Shown: piece by piece, positions 45,798 to 55,720 of the stretch | Layout: each line of letters opens with the position of its first letter | How positions within the stretch are numbered: the stretch's first letter is position 1 | Source: an uncultured Eubacteriales bacterium | GTDB lineage: Bacteria > Bacillota > Clostridia > Oscillospirales > Acutalibacteraceae | Assembly (NCBI GenBank): GCA_900318905.1 | Contig: ONMK01000001.1 | Location: forward strand, 3,827 to 67,826 | Length of the DNA stretch: 64,000 nt | Direction of reading: 5' to 3' | The notes under the pieces: generated by a model | Told to the model about the DNA's origin: nothing | What the model saw: only the letters and a program-made list of their open reading frames with translations | Database searches by the model: none | Program-made: the position numbers and the translations under genes

Positions 45798-47891
45798 ATG
45801 AAACTGGGAAAAGCGGTTGTAAAATGCCGTATTGTTATCCTTATAGTGACTCTGCTGCTGCTGATTCCGTCGATCTTCGGAATGATATTCACCAGAGTCA
45901 ACTACGATATGCTCAATTATCTGCCCGAGTCGCTCGACACGGTAAAAGGGCAGAAATACATGCTTGAGGACTTCGGCAAGGGCGCGTTCTCGTTTTTGAT
46001 TTTTGAGGACATGGACGAAAAGGACATAGGAAAGGTCGCCGATGAAATCAAAGATGTAGACCATGTTGCCAACGTTTTAAGCTTTAGCGACATAACGGAC
46101 GGCTCTATTCCGAAGGAGCTGCTGCCCGACAAAATCTACAACGCCTTTAACAAGGGCGATGACACACTGGTAGCGGTATTCTTTGACACCTCAAGCTCTT
46201 CCGACGAAACAATGGACGCCATTACCGAGATCCGCGGGATAGCGGGCAAGCAGTGCCTTGTATCGGGCATTTCCGCAATGGTGACCGACCTGCGCGATCT
46301 GTGTGAGCGCGAGGAAGCGGTTTATGTGGCTATTGCGGTTATCCTGGCTGTTGTGGCAATGGTGCTGTTCCTCGACAACTGGATCATTCCGTTTGTTTTT
46401 CTCGGCAGCATCGGCGTGGCGATCCTGCTCAACATGGGCTCCAACTATTTCCTGGGTGAAATATCCTACATCACAAAAGCCCTGTCGGCAGTTTTACAGC
46501 TTGCCGTTACGATGGACTACTCGATATTCCTGTGGCACAGCTACGGCGAGCACAAACAGATGTATTCCGACCGAAAAGAGGCGATGGCGCACGCCATACA
46601 CGAGACCTTTACCTCGGTAATAGGCAGCTCAATAACAACCGTAGCCGGCTTTATAGCGCTGTGCTTTATGACATTTACGCTCGGACGCGACCTCGGAATA
46701 GTTATGGCAAAGGGCGTTCTGCTCGGCGTAATAAGCTGTGTAACCGTGCTTCCGTCCTTGATTCTTGTACTTGACAAGGTTCTTGACAAAACAATGCACC
46801 GCGCGCTTGTGCCCTCTCCCAAAAAGCTGGCGGGCGGAATAGTAAAGATATTCCCGGTATTCCTCATCCTGTTCGCTGTAATCGCGGTTCCCGCGTTTAT
46901 GGGCTACCAAAAAACAAACAACGAGGTTTATTACGACCTATCGCGCAGCCTTCCGAAGGATATGCCCAACGTCATTGCAAACTCAAAGCTCGAGGACGAG
47001 TTTGACATGGGCTCAACGCACATGGTGCTTGTAAACTCAAAGCTCCCGTCAAAGGACATCCGCAAAATGCAGGAGGAGCTTAAGCAAGCGGACGGAATCA
47101 AATTCGGCATAGGACTTGAATCGCTTATCGGTCCCTCGATACCCGAGGAGTTCATTCCCGAATCCGTAAGCTCGATTCTCAAAAGCGACCGCTGGGAGCT
47201 TATGCTGCTAAGCTCGGAATACCGCACCGCCACCGATGAAATGCGCAGTCAGGTCAAGGAGCTTAACGATATTATAAAGAAATACGACAGCGACGGTCTG
47301 CTTGTGGGCGAGGCGGCGTGTACAAACGACCTTATCGACATAACCTCGGTAGACTTTGCGACCGTTAACGCGATATCGATCATCGCAATTTTCATCATCA
47401 TTGCTCTGGTAGAAAAGAGCATTTCGCTGCCTATTATTTTGGTATCGGTAATCGAACTGGCGATCTTTATAAACCTGGGACTTCCGCATTATTTGGGCGA
47501 GTCGCTTCCGTTCATCGCCCCGATATGTATAAGTACGATCCAGCTGGGCGCGACGGTCGACTACGCGATACTTATGACGACGCGATACAAAAAAGAGCGG
47601 TCGTCGGGCATAGAAAAACGCGAGGCGGTAAAAATAGCGCTTCAAACCTCGATTCCGTCGGTGCTCGTCAGCGCGATGGGGCTGTTTGCGGCTACGGTCG
47701 GCGTAGCGGTTTACTCCGACGTCGACATGATCGGCTCACTGTGCGCGCTTATGGCTCGCGGCGCTATCATCAGTATGCTCTGCGTAGTAATTTTCCTGCC
47801 GGCAATGTTCATGCTGTTTGACAGGTTTATCGGAGTTACAACAATCGGATTCAGGCCAAAAAAGAAATCAACGGAAAAGTCGGAGGGATAA
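45798..47891 (+). CDS. MMPL/RND family transporter
   Basis: Two halves with LAVTMDYSIF and LGATVDYAIL; start at ATG 45798 after AAGGAG. Confidence 0.9.
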   Translation: MKLGKAVVKCRIVILIVTLLLLIPSIFGMIFTRVNYDMLNYLPESLDTVKGQKYMLEDFGKGAFSFLIFEDMDEKDIGKVADEIKDVDHVANVLSFSDITDGSIPKELLPDKIYNAFNKGDDTLVAVFFDTSSSSDETMDAITEIRGIAGKQCLVSGISAMVTDLRDLCEREEAVYVAIAVILAVVAMVLFLDNWIIPFVFLGSIGVAILLNMGSNYFLGEISYITKALSAVLQLAVTMDYSIFLWHSYGEHKQMYSDRKEAMAHAIHETFTSVIGSSITTVAGFIALCFMTFTLGRDLGIVMAKGVLLGVISCVTVLPSLILVLDKVLDKTMHRALVPSPKKLAGGIVKIFPVFLILFAVIAVPAFMGYQKTNNEVYYDLSRSLPKDMPNVIANSKLEDEFDMGSTHMVLVNSKLPSKDIRKMQEELKQADGIKFGIGLESLIGPSIPEEFIPESVSSILKSDRWELMLLSSEYRTATDEMRSQVKELNDIIKKYDSDGLLVGEAACTNDLIDITSVDFATVNAISIIAIFIIIALVEKSISLPIILVSVIELAIFINLGLPHYLGESLPFIAPICISTIQLGATVDYAILMTTRYKKERSSGIEKREAVKIALQTSIPSVLVSAMGLFAATVGVAVYSDVDMIGSLCALMARGAIISMLCVVIFLPAMFMLFDRFIGVTTIGFRPKKKSTEKSEG

Positions 47892-47895
47892 CAAT

Positions 47896-50262
47896 ATGAA
47901 AAAGCAACACGAAATCAAAAAATACATGCCCCGCGTCCTTGCGGTCGGCATGAGCCTTACAATAATGTGCAGCACCGTAGGCGTAACCGCTTACTCCGCC
48001 GGCGCCGATCAAAACAAGCCCGCAGCCGCACAGACAACGGGCGATAAATCAGCCGCCGAGAACGCAAAGGGCGCTTCCGACAGCAAGCGCTTCTCAAAGG
48101 AAGAAACCGTTTATGTAATAGCGGGCGCCGACGGTTCGCCTCAAAAGGTTATCGTCAGCGACTGGGTAAAAAACCCTCAAAAGGCTGATAAAATAAAGGA
48201 TAAGTCAAACCTCACCGACATTGAAAACGTAAAGGGAGACGAAACCTATACCATTGACGAAAACAAAATGCTCGAATGGGGCGCAAACGGCCAGGACATC
48301 TACTACAAGGGCAAGTCAAATGAGCAGCTGCCCGTAGGCGTTTCGATCCTGTACACGCTCGACGGCACACCCGTAGCTCCAAAAGACCTCGCGGGCAAAA
48401 GCGGCAAGCTGAAGATGACCTTCACTTACACCAACCGCCAGTATGAGGAAGTCAAAATCGGCGATAAAAAAGAGAAAATCTACGTTCCCTTTGTTATCCT
48501 CACGGGCATGATGCTCGATAACGAAAAGTTCACCAACGTCGACGTATCAAACGGCAAGGTGATCAACGACGGCAGCCACACCTATGTAGCAGGCTTTGCG
48601 CTTCCGGGGCTTAACGAAAGCCTGGCGCTCGGCGATAAGCTCGACCTTCCCTCAACCGTTGAGATCACCGCCGACGTAACGGACTTTGAGCTTGCCACTA
48701 CCCTTACTGTAGCTACAAACGAAGTATTCAACGACATCGACACCTCTAAATTTGACGGAGAGATCGACACCCTGAAGAAAAAGCTCAAGGAAATGACCGA
48801 CGGCGTAAATCAGCTTGCCGACGGCACCTCGCAGCTTTACAAGGGACTGAGCACCCTGCTTGACAAATCCGGCGAACTGATCGACGGCGTAGACCAGCTT
48901 TACAACGGAGCCGATCAGCTGCAAAGCGGTGCGGCTTCACTCGACAGCGGCGCGGGCACTCTTGCAGACGGCGCGTCGGCTCTTGACGGCGGCGTTTCAA
49001 AGCTCCAGAGCGGAGCTACCGCTCTTGACAGCGGCGCGGGCGACCTCAGCAGCGGAGCCTCAACGCTCGACGGCGGCGTAGCCACACTGAAATATTACAT
49101 CGGCGAGCTTGCGGGCGGCCTTGATCAGATCTCTTCAAACAGCGCTCAGCTCAGGGGCGGCGCGGCACAGGTGTTCAAGACCTTCCTTTCAGAAGCCGAC
49201 AAGCAGATAGCGGCGGCGGGACTTCAGGCAGAACCCCTTACGATCGAAAACTACGCCTCTGTACTCGACGCGCTTATCGGTCAGCTCAGCGAGGAAAACG
49301 TAACAAAGCTCGCCACCGATACAGCCTGCAAAACCGTAAGCTCTACCGTAGAAAGCCAGCGTGACCTGATCCGCCAGTCGGTTGAGGCGGCAGTCAGAAC
49401 TCAGGTCACAAACGGCGTTTTAGCGGCAGCCGGCTTGGGCATGGACAGCGATTCATATGACGCTGCGGTCGCGGCAGGCCAGATCCCCGACGATGTACAG
49501 CTTCAGGTAAGCAAGGGAATTGCCGCCCAGATGGCAGGCATGTCCTCAACTATCGACGGCACGGTCGAGGCAAAAATCACCGAGGCGATCGAGAGCAACA
49601 TGCAGGGCGAGCAGGTCCGGACTCAGATAGCCCAGGCTGTTCAGCAGGCAGCAGGCGGCAGAGAGGCGCTTAAGGCGCTTAAGGCTCAGCTTGACAGCTA
49701 CAACCAGTTCTACAACGGCATTCTCAGCTATACAAGCGGCGTCGACAAAGCGAACGGCGGCGCAAGAGAAATCTTCAACAACACGATCACTTTGAAGAAC
49801 GGCACGGCTAACCTTGCGAGCGGCGCAGGCGACCTTAAGGACGGAACAAGCCAGATCAAGAGCGGAACCTCCGAATTAAAGAACGGCTCCTCACAGCTCA
49901 AGAGCGGTTCCTCGCAGCTTAAGGCAGGCGCAAGTCAGCTGCATTCGGGCGCAGCACAACTTTTCAACGGCATCAAATCGCTCAAAAACGGCGCGGGCGC
50001 GCTCATTGACGGCGTTACCCAGCTTAAGGACGGCTCGCAGAAGCTCGACGAAGGCATGCAGAAGTTCAAGAAGGAAGGCGCCGACGCGATAGTTAAGGCG
50101 GTCAACGGCAACTTGAAGGGACTTGCCGACAGGTTCAAGGCTCTTATCTCGGTATCGAAGAATTATAAGTCGTTCAGCGGCGTTTCAGACGATATGGACG
50201 GCAAGGTAGACTTCATCTTCAAGACCGATTCAATCAGCACCGACAAACCGAGCGACAAATAA
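47896..50262 (+). CDS. YhgE/Pip-like secreted coiled-coil protein with X-X-X-L-X-X-G heptads
   Basis: KEETVYV...IVSDW, LAGKSG, long LxxGAxxLxxG heptad tracts, FIFKTD end; GGAGG RBS before ATG 47896. Confidence 0.85.
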   Translation: MKKQHEIKKYMPRVLAVGMSLTIMCSTVGVTAYSAGADQNKPAAAQTTGDKSAAENAKGASDSKRFSKEETVYVIAGADGSPQKVIVSDWVKNPQKADKIKDKSNLTDIENVKGDETYTIDENKMLEWGANGQDIYYKGKSNEQLPVGVSILYTLDGTPVAPKDLAGKSGKLKMTFTYTNRQYEEVKIGDKKEKIYVPFVILTGMMLDNEKFTNVDVSNGKVINDGSHTYVAGFALPGLNESLALGDKLDLPSTVEITADVTDFELATTLTVATNEVFNDIDTSKFDGEIDTLKKKLKEMTDGVNQLADGTSQLYKGLSTLLDKSGELIDGVDQLYNGADQLQSGAASLDSGAGTLADGASALDGGVSKLQSGATALDSGAGDLSSGASTLDGGVATLKYYIGELAGGLDQISSNSAQLRGGAAQVFKTFLSEADKQIAAAGLQAEPLTIENYASVLDALIGQLSEENVTKLATDTACKTVSSTVESQRDLIRQSVEAAVRTQVTNGVLAAAGLGMDSDSYDAAVAAGQIPDDVQLQVSKGIAAQMAGMSSTIDGTVEAKITEAIESNMQGEQVRTQIAQAVQQAAGGREALKALKAQLDSYNQFYNGILSYTSGVDKANGGAREIFNNTITLKNGTANLASGAGDLKDGTSQIKSGTSELKNGSSQLKSGSSQLKAGASQLHSGAAQLFNGIKSLKNGAGALIDGVTQLKDGSQKLDEGMQKFKKEGADAIVKAVNGNLKGLADRFKALISVSKNYKSFSGVSDDMDGKVDFIFKTDSISTDKPSDK

Positions 50263-50381
50263 GCAGCGTGACGCTGCACCCGATCTCGCTTTTGGAAAGC
50301 TCCCTTTTAACAGAAAAAGCCTGTGAAAGGGCGAGGTCAAAACGAAGAAGTTTTCTAAACAGAAAAAACTAATAAGAACAC

Positions 50382-50425
50382 AAAGGCGGCTCAAAATCTG
50401 CATTGATTTTTGAGCCGCCTTTTTT
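50382..50425 (+). terminator. Intrinsic terminator
   Basis: AAAGGCGGCTCAAAA...TTTTGAGCCGCCTTTTTT. Confidence 0.8.
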
Positions 50426-50428
50426 GAA

Positions 50429-50457
50429 TTGACTTACGCAATCAGGTGTGCTATACT
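50429..50457 (+). promoter_or_regulatory. sigma-A-like promoter of the mgtE leader
   Basis: TTGACT-N17-TATACT with an upstream TG. Confidence 0.65.
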
Positions 50458-50462
50458 ATTAT

Positions 50463-50640
50463 TATCAAAAAACAAGCGAGGTGAGATATGTGACAAACGG
50501 CGATAGTTACGGGCCCGGCGGGCGCAGGCAGCATTTTTTTGTAAGCGTGAGCAGGCAAGGCTTTGCCGTGCGTTGCGTTCTCACGCCCTGATTAAATGTG
50601 TACTGTCTGCCCCTGTGTGATGTCACTCAGGGGCTTTTTG
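50463..50640 (+). promoter_or_regulatory. Putative attenuator leader of mgtE (uORF plus terminator/antiterminator)
   Basis: GAGGTG RBS, uORF 50490-50591, terminator GCCCCTGTGTGA-TG-TCACTCAGGGGC-TTTTT at 50609-50639. Confidence 0.55.
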
Positions 50641-50693
50641 CGCCTTATAAGCCCCTTTCTATCCGAGATAATATCTGTTTAGGAGGGATTTAC

Positions 50694-52127
50694 ATGATAA
50701 ATGAAATCATTACAGTAACCGCTGATAAAGAAGCCGCGGCAGTAAGGCCCGATTATGAAAGCGAAATCATCAGCGTAATACGAAGCAAATCATCGCCCAA
50801 GGCCGCGCAGACCAAATTAGAGGACTACCACGGCAGCGACATAGCTCAGGCAATCGACTCCCTTACGCTTCAGGAGCGCAAAAAGCTTTGCCGCATCTGT
50901 TCGCCTGTTATGCTGGCTGAGGCTCTTGAACACCTTGAGGAAGAAAAAGCCGCGGAGTTTTTCAGCGAGCTTGACGTAAAAAAGGCGGCAGATGTGGTAG
51001 AGGAGCTCGACACCGACACCGCCGCGAATATTCTTCATACGATCGAAAAGCAAAAGCGCGAGCTTATTATTGAGGCTTTGCCCGCCGACGTCCGCCGCGA
51101 CGTGCGTCTGCTCGCCTCCTTTGACGCGGACGAGATCGGCAGCAAAATGACGACCGATTGTATCGTTATCCGCGAAAACCTCACAGTTCCCGAGGCTATG
51201 GCGGAGCTTGTAAATCAGGCAAAGGAAAATGACAACATAGCGACAGTTTTTGTTGTTGACGGGGACGACGAGTTCTACGGCGCTATTGAACTGCGCGACT
51301 TGCTGACCGCTAAAAAGACGGTTCCGCTCGACGACCTTATCCTGACCTCTTTCCCCTATGTTTACGCTCACGAGAGCATTGACGACTGTTTGGAGGATTT
51401 GAAGGATTATTCCGAGGCGTTTATTCCCGTGCTCGATAACGGCAACCGCTTTTTGGGAATAATCACTTCCCAGAGCATTGTTGAGGTAGTTGACGAGGAA
51501 ATGGGCGAGGACTACGCAAAGCTGGCAGGTCTTATTGCAGAGGAGGACTTGAAGGAGCCTTTGCTGCGCAGCATGAAGAAGCGCCTTCCGTGGCTTTTTA
51601 TACTGCTGGGGCTCGGCCTGGTGGTATCATCGGTCGTCGGAGTGTTTGAAAGCGTAGTGTCGCAGCTTACGATGATAATGGCGTTCCAGTCGCTTATCCT
51701 CGACATGGCAGGTAACGTAGGCACGCAGTCGCTGGCTGTCACCATCCGCGTGCTGACCGATGAAAACCTTACATTCGGGCAAAAAATGCATCTGGTAGTC
51801 AAGGAAACCCGCGTAGGATTTTTCAACGGCGTTATCCTCGGAGTTATTTCCATTATCTTTGTCGGCTTATTTATATGGCTGATAAAACAAAAGGACTTTG
51901 TTTTCGCCTTTTCGGTTTCCGGCTGTATCGGGATTTCTCTGCTGCTCGCAATGGCGGTATCAAGCGCCATAGGCACGCTTATTCCGCTGTTTTTCAAAAA
52001 AATAAAGATAGACCCGGCAGTCGCGTCAGGTCCCCTTATCACCACCGTTAACGACCTTGTCGCGGTTGTGACCTACTACGGCTTAAGCGGCTTGCTCCTT
52101 ATAAATCTGATGAATTTCAGCTCATAA
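50694..52127 (+). CDS. mgtE: Magnesium transporter MgtE
   Basis: N-domain plus CBS pair, RLPWL, MAGNVGTQS, DPAVASGPLITTVND; AGGAGG RBS before ATG 50694. Confidence 0.95.
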   Translation: MINEIITVTADKEAAAVRPDYESEIISVIRSKSSPKAAQTKLEDYHGSDIAQAIDSLTLQERKKLCRICSPVMLAEALEHLEEEKAAEFFSELDVKKAADVVEELDTDTAANILHTIEKQKRELIIEALPADVRRDVRLLASFDADEIGSKMTTDCIVIRENLTVPEAMAELVNQAKENDNIATVFVVDGDDEFYGAIELRDLLTAKKTVPLDDLILTSFPYVYAHESIDDCLEDLKDYSEAFIPVLDNGNRFLGIITSQSIVEVVDEEMGEDYAKLAGLIAEEDLKEPLLRSMKKRLPWLFILLGLGLVVSSVVGVFESVVSQLTMIMAFQSLILDMAGNVGTQSLAVTIRVLTDENLTFGQKMHLVVKETRVGFFNGVILGVISIIFVGLFIWLIKQKDFVFAFSVSGCIGISLLLAMAVSSAIGTLIPLFFKKIKIDPAVASGPLITTVNDLVAVVTYYGLSGLLLINLMNFSS

Positions 52128-52142
52128 GTTTGGAGATACCGT

Positions 52143-52598
52143 ATGATAAAAATACTGTTTGTATGCCACGGCAACATATGCCGCAGCCCCATGGCTGAGT
52201 TTGTGATGAAGCGCCTTGTAAGGGAGCGCGGAATTGAGCGCGATTTTATTATTGAGTCCGCCGCCACCAGCCGAGAGGAGCTGGGCAACCCGGTTTATCC
52301 GCCCGCGCGCAGGATGCTCGCACGACACGGGATATCATGCAGCGGAAAAACCGCTGTTCAGATGACAAAAAGCGACTACGATAAATACGATTATATAGTT
52401 GCTATGGATTCCATGAACGTGCGCAACATTATGCGCATCATCGGCAGCGACACTAAAAGCAAGGTGTCGATGCTGCTTGATTTTACCGATCATCCGCGCA
52501 GCGTAGCCGACCCCTGGTACACGGGCGATTTTGACTCGACCTACAGCGACGTAACCGAGGGCTGTCAAGCCCTGTTGAATACAATAATATCAAGCTAA
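52143..52598 (+). CDS. Low-molecular-weight protein tyrosine phosphatase
   Basis: FVCHGNICRSPMAE and DPWY motifs. Confidence 0.93.
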   Translation: MIKILFVCHGNICRSPMAEFVMKRLVRERGIERDFIIESAATSREELGNPVYPPARRMLARHGISCSGKTAVQMTKSDYDKYDYIVAMDSMNVRNIMRIIGSDTKSKVSMLLDFTDHPRSVADPWYTGDFDSTYSDVTEGCQALLNTIISS

Positions 52599-52703
52599 AA
52601 AGGAGCGTGACGCTCCACCCAAGCCCGCCTATCAAAATGTCCCTTTTCCAACGCGTTCATCAACGGCGGGGTTATAAGTTTCCTATAGAGTAAAAATGGA
52701 GCC

Positions 52704-53522
52704 TCACGGCTCCTTTTTCGGTTTAAGATGTATTATTACCAGCTCGCGCGGGTTATTCCAGCGCGGCAGGGCTATAGTATTTGAGCAGCCTGCCGACACC
52801 ACCATTCGGTTATGGAAAACTCCGCTGTCGTATTTCGGGAAGAATCCGCTCCTTGACGACAGCACGCCCTTGCCGAACAGCTTAAACTGTCCCCCGTGGT
52901 TATGCCCCGCAAGCGTAAGGTCGATATCCTTTTCGGCGATCATAGTGTCATAGTATTCCGGCGCGTGGCAAAGCAGCAGTTTAAAGCCCTGCTTTTTTGA
53001 AAACTCCTCAAGCCGGCTTTCATCCGGAGAATATGACAATCCGCCTATATTGATATCAACGCCGCGAACCGCCGCGCGTGCGTCGGAGTTATCAAGCAAA
53101 ATTATGCCGTTGCCGTGCAGCACCGCAAGGTCGTCCTCGCTGAGCTTCATGTCGTGATTCCCCAAGCTGATAAACACAGGCGCAAGCTTTGCCGCCTCTG
53201 CTAAAAAGCGGTATGTCGCCGCTGTATCGGCGCGGTTGTTTTTGCCGAATACACGCATAAGCAAATAATTAGCGTAATAAGCCGTTTCTTTTACAACACT
53301 GATAAAAACATTCTTTTTCGGTTTTGTTTCGCTCTCTTCGTCGTAATAACGCTCAAAGGTATCGCCCGCTATTAAAATCAAGTCGGGCTTTGTTTTTTCA
53401 AGCAGGTCAAGAATATCGTCGCTTTTCCGCTCGTGAATATCAGAAACCAGCGCCAAGTCAAGCGGCGTTTTTATTTTTGGAACCGACAGACTGTACTCTG
53501 TCAATACGGCTTTTTTAGGCAT
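52704..53522 (-). CDS. Metallophosphoesterase (YkuE-like)
   Basis: SDIH, AGD, GNHD, LCHAP, GHNHGGQ. Confidence 0.9.
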   Translation of the reverse strand: MPKKAVLTEYSLSVPKIKTPLDLALVSDIHERKSDDILDLLEKTKPDLILIAGDTFERYYDEESETKPKKNVFISVVKETAYYANYLLMRVFGKNNRADTAATYRFLAEAAKLAPVFISLGNHDMKLSEDDLAVLHGNGIILLDNSDARAAVRGVDINIGGLSYSPDESRLEEFSKKQGFKLLLCHAPEYYDTMIAEKDIDLTLAGHNHGGQFKLFGKGVLSSRSGFFPKYDSGVFHNRMVVSAGCSNTIALPRWNNPRELVIIHLKPKKEP

Positions 53523-53564
53523 TTTATCGCTCCGTCTTTATAATTTATGTGCGCATATACTATT

Positions 53565-54752
53565 CTATGAAGCGGCGCGCGCAAGCAGAACAAGGTCGCG
53601 GTTATCAACGGCTCCGTCAGCGTTCATATCGGCGGCTTTTCTTTCGCACCCGGACAGACTTACGCTGTCGATCATGCTTTTCATCAGCATGCGCACGTCC
53701 TTATTCGTCACCGCCGAGGTTCCGTCAATGTCGCCGCTTACGGCGATTTCACCTGTTTTGCCGTTTAAAACCGCCCAGTCGCCTGTCCTGAGCTTACCCG
53801 AGCTAAGCTCGCTGTTATCTTTTCCGCGCAGGACTATCCCGGGGTATTTATCCTTAAGCTCTTTTACGGTCATCCCCTGAGCGCAGATGATTATATCCGC
53901 AAGCGTCCCGGGTTGAGCAGAGCCGGAGTCCTCAGGCTTTTCGGCAATATCTTTGATTTCGCAGGAGCAGTCCTTTTTGAGCGCCGCGTATCTGCCGCCT
54001 GCCGCGGCAATAAGCATGTCGCTGTCGCTCTTGACAGTACTGCCGTTAAGCTTCAGCGCGAGCTTTGAACCCACATACTCGGCGCCGCCCGATAAGCTTA
54101 CGAGCGTCAGCCCCTGAGTATATACATAACCGCAGCCGCCGTCCGTTATCTTGCCGTCGTCGGGTATTTGACAGCAGTAAGATTTTCCGCCCTTTGACAG
54201 CCTGTAAACCCTTCTGTCATTGGTGAGCGCGTAGGCTCGGCTGTCGTTTACAAAAAGTTGCCTTACGTCGGAATCAAGGCGGTAAGTATATGTTGAATTT
54301 TCCGCAAAGCCCGAAACATAAGAAACCCCGTTTTCGACTATTATCAAAAACACCTCGCCGTCGGCATAGGCTACCGACGAAAACATAACGCTTTTGCCGC
54401 TGACTATATCGCGGCAAGTCAGCCTGCCGCTGTTTACGTTAAGCACAGCCGCGCCGTAGCTTTCGTACCCTGTTTTATATAAGGCGCAGAGGTTTTCCTC
54501 GTCATGGCAGACCGCCAAAACCGCGCCCGGAACGGCTGCCCACTTTACGGAAGCGTTTGGAACAACCCTCGCCGAGCAGACGGTTTTATCATAAAACCCG
54601 TAAAAATAAGCAGAAGAGCTTCCGCTGTACGCAAAAACTTTCCTGCACGCTTTCAGTTCATCAAATTTTACGCTGTCGTCCGCGCGCGCGAACACCGCGG
54701 AAGCGACAAGCAGGGCGAGAACCGTCAAACACGATAAAGCGCGCTTAAACAT
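53565..54752 (-). CDS. Secreted dockerin-containing protein of unknown function
   Basis: Signal peptide (ARA), C-terminal GDIDGTSAVTNKD...AADMNADGAVDNRD. Confidence 0.75.
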   Translation of the reverse strand: MFKRALSCLTVLALLVASAVFARADDSVKFDELKACRKVFAYSGSSSAYFYGFYDKTVCSARVVPNASVKWAAVPGAVLAVCHDEENLCALYKTGYESYGAAVLNVNSGRLTCRDIVSGKSVMFSSVAYADGEVFLIIVENGVSYVSGFAENSTYTYRLDSDVRQLFVNDSRAYALTNDRRVYRLSKGGKSYCCQIPDDGKITDGGCGYVYTQGLTLVSLSGGAEYVGSKLALKLNGSTVKSDSDMLIAAAGGRYAALKKDCSCEIKDIAEKPEDSGSAQPGTLADIIICAQGMTVKELKDKYPGIVLRGKDNSELSSGKLRTGDWAVLNGKTGEIAVSGDIDGTSAVTNKDVRMLMKSMIDSVSLSGCERKAADMNADGAVDNRDLVLLARAAS

Positions 54753-54896
54753 TTCTCCACCCCCTTTTTTTGATTATATCATGGATTTTGCCGAAAATCT
54801 ACTGTATTTTGCAGCTTTTTGACAATATTTGTATTTTACTGATTATAGTGATATAATTTGTAAAAAGATATTATTCAGCAAGAACGGAGAAAACCA

Positions 54897-55667
54897 ATGA
54901 AGATAACAGTATTGACCGAAAACACGACCTGCAAAAACCTGCCCGTAGAGCACGGCCTGAGCCTGTACATTGAAACAAACGGACATACCGTTTTATTCGA
55001 CGCGGGGCAAACGCCTTTGTTTTCAGAAAACGCCAAAACTCTCGGTGTTGACCTGAGCCGCATCGACATTGCCGTGTTGTCACACGGCCACTACGACCAC
55101 GGCGGCGGACTTGCGGCCTTTCTGGATATCAACCGCAAGGCACCCGTGTATCTTGACCGCCACGCCTTTGGGGAGCACTACAACGGCGAAAGATACATAG
55201 GTCTCGACAAAGCCCTGATCGGCAGTCCGAGGTTCGTTTTCACAAGCGGCATAACAAAAATCGCGGACGGACTGACGCTTTACGACTGCGCCGAACGCGA
55301 AAAGCTTGTTGATTTGGGCTCCTTCGGGCTTAATATGAAGCAGGACGGCAGGCTTGTGCCCGACGATTTCCGCCACGAGCATTATCTTCTTGTTGAGGAG
55401 AACGGCAAAAGGATCCTGATAAGCGGCTGCTCTCACAGGGGAATAATAAACATCGCCGAATGGTTCAAGCCCGACGTGCTTGTCGGGGGCTTTCACTTCA
55501 ACAAGCTGCCGCTCGATAAAACGCTCCGGGGCTGCGCCGAAAGGCTTGACGCACTCGGCACGGTATACTACACCTGCCATTGCACAGGCACGGCGCAGTA
55601 TGAGTATATGAAGCGCTATATGAAAAATCTGAACTACATCGCAACCGGAGATGTTGTTGAGGTATAA
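54897..55667 (+). CDS. MBL-fold metallo-hydrolase
   Basis: EHGLS, SHGHYDHGGG, SGCSHRG, GGFH, CHCTG. Confidence 0.9.
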   Translation: MKITVLTENTTCKNLPVEHGLSLYIETNGHTVLFDAGQTPLFSENAKTLGVDLSRIDIAVLSHGHYDHGGGLAAFLDINRKAPVYLDRHAFGEHYNGERYIGLDKALIGSPRFVFTSGITKIADGLTLYDCAEREKLVDLGSFGLNMKQDGRLVPDDFRHEHYLLVEENGKRILISGCSHRGIINIAEWFKPDVLVGGFHFNKLPLDKTLRGCAERLDALGTVYYTCHCTGTAQYEYMKRYMKNLNYIATGDVVEV

Positions 55668-55690
55668 AAAGCATCCTATAAAGTTAAGAA

Positions 55691-55720
55691 TGCAGGCGCG
55701 AAATCCGCGCCTGCACTTTT
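55691..55720. terminator. Intrinsic terminator hairpin
   Basis: TGCAGGCGCG-AAATC-CGCGCCTGCACTTTT. Confidence 0.7.

Noticed and set aside
48800-50060. Repetitive DNA with ~21-bp periodicity
   Set aside because: Explained by the LxxG heptad repeats of the encoded protein; not a CRISPR array.
50544-50587. TGAGCAGGC...GCCGTGC resembling the 5' half of a NiCo riboswitch
   Set aside because: The remaining helices and the 3' consensus are not evident, so it is treated as part of the attenuator pending an Infernal scan.
52143-52598. LMW-PTP as the partner phosphatase of the Ser/Thr kinase
   Set aside because: It is over 20 kb away, appears operonic with mgtE, and belongs to a family acting on pTyr/pArg rather than pThr.
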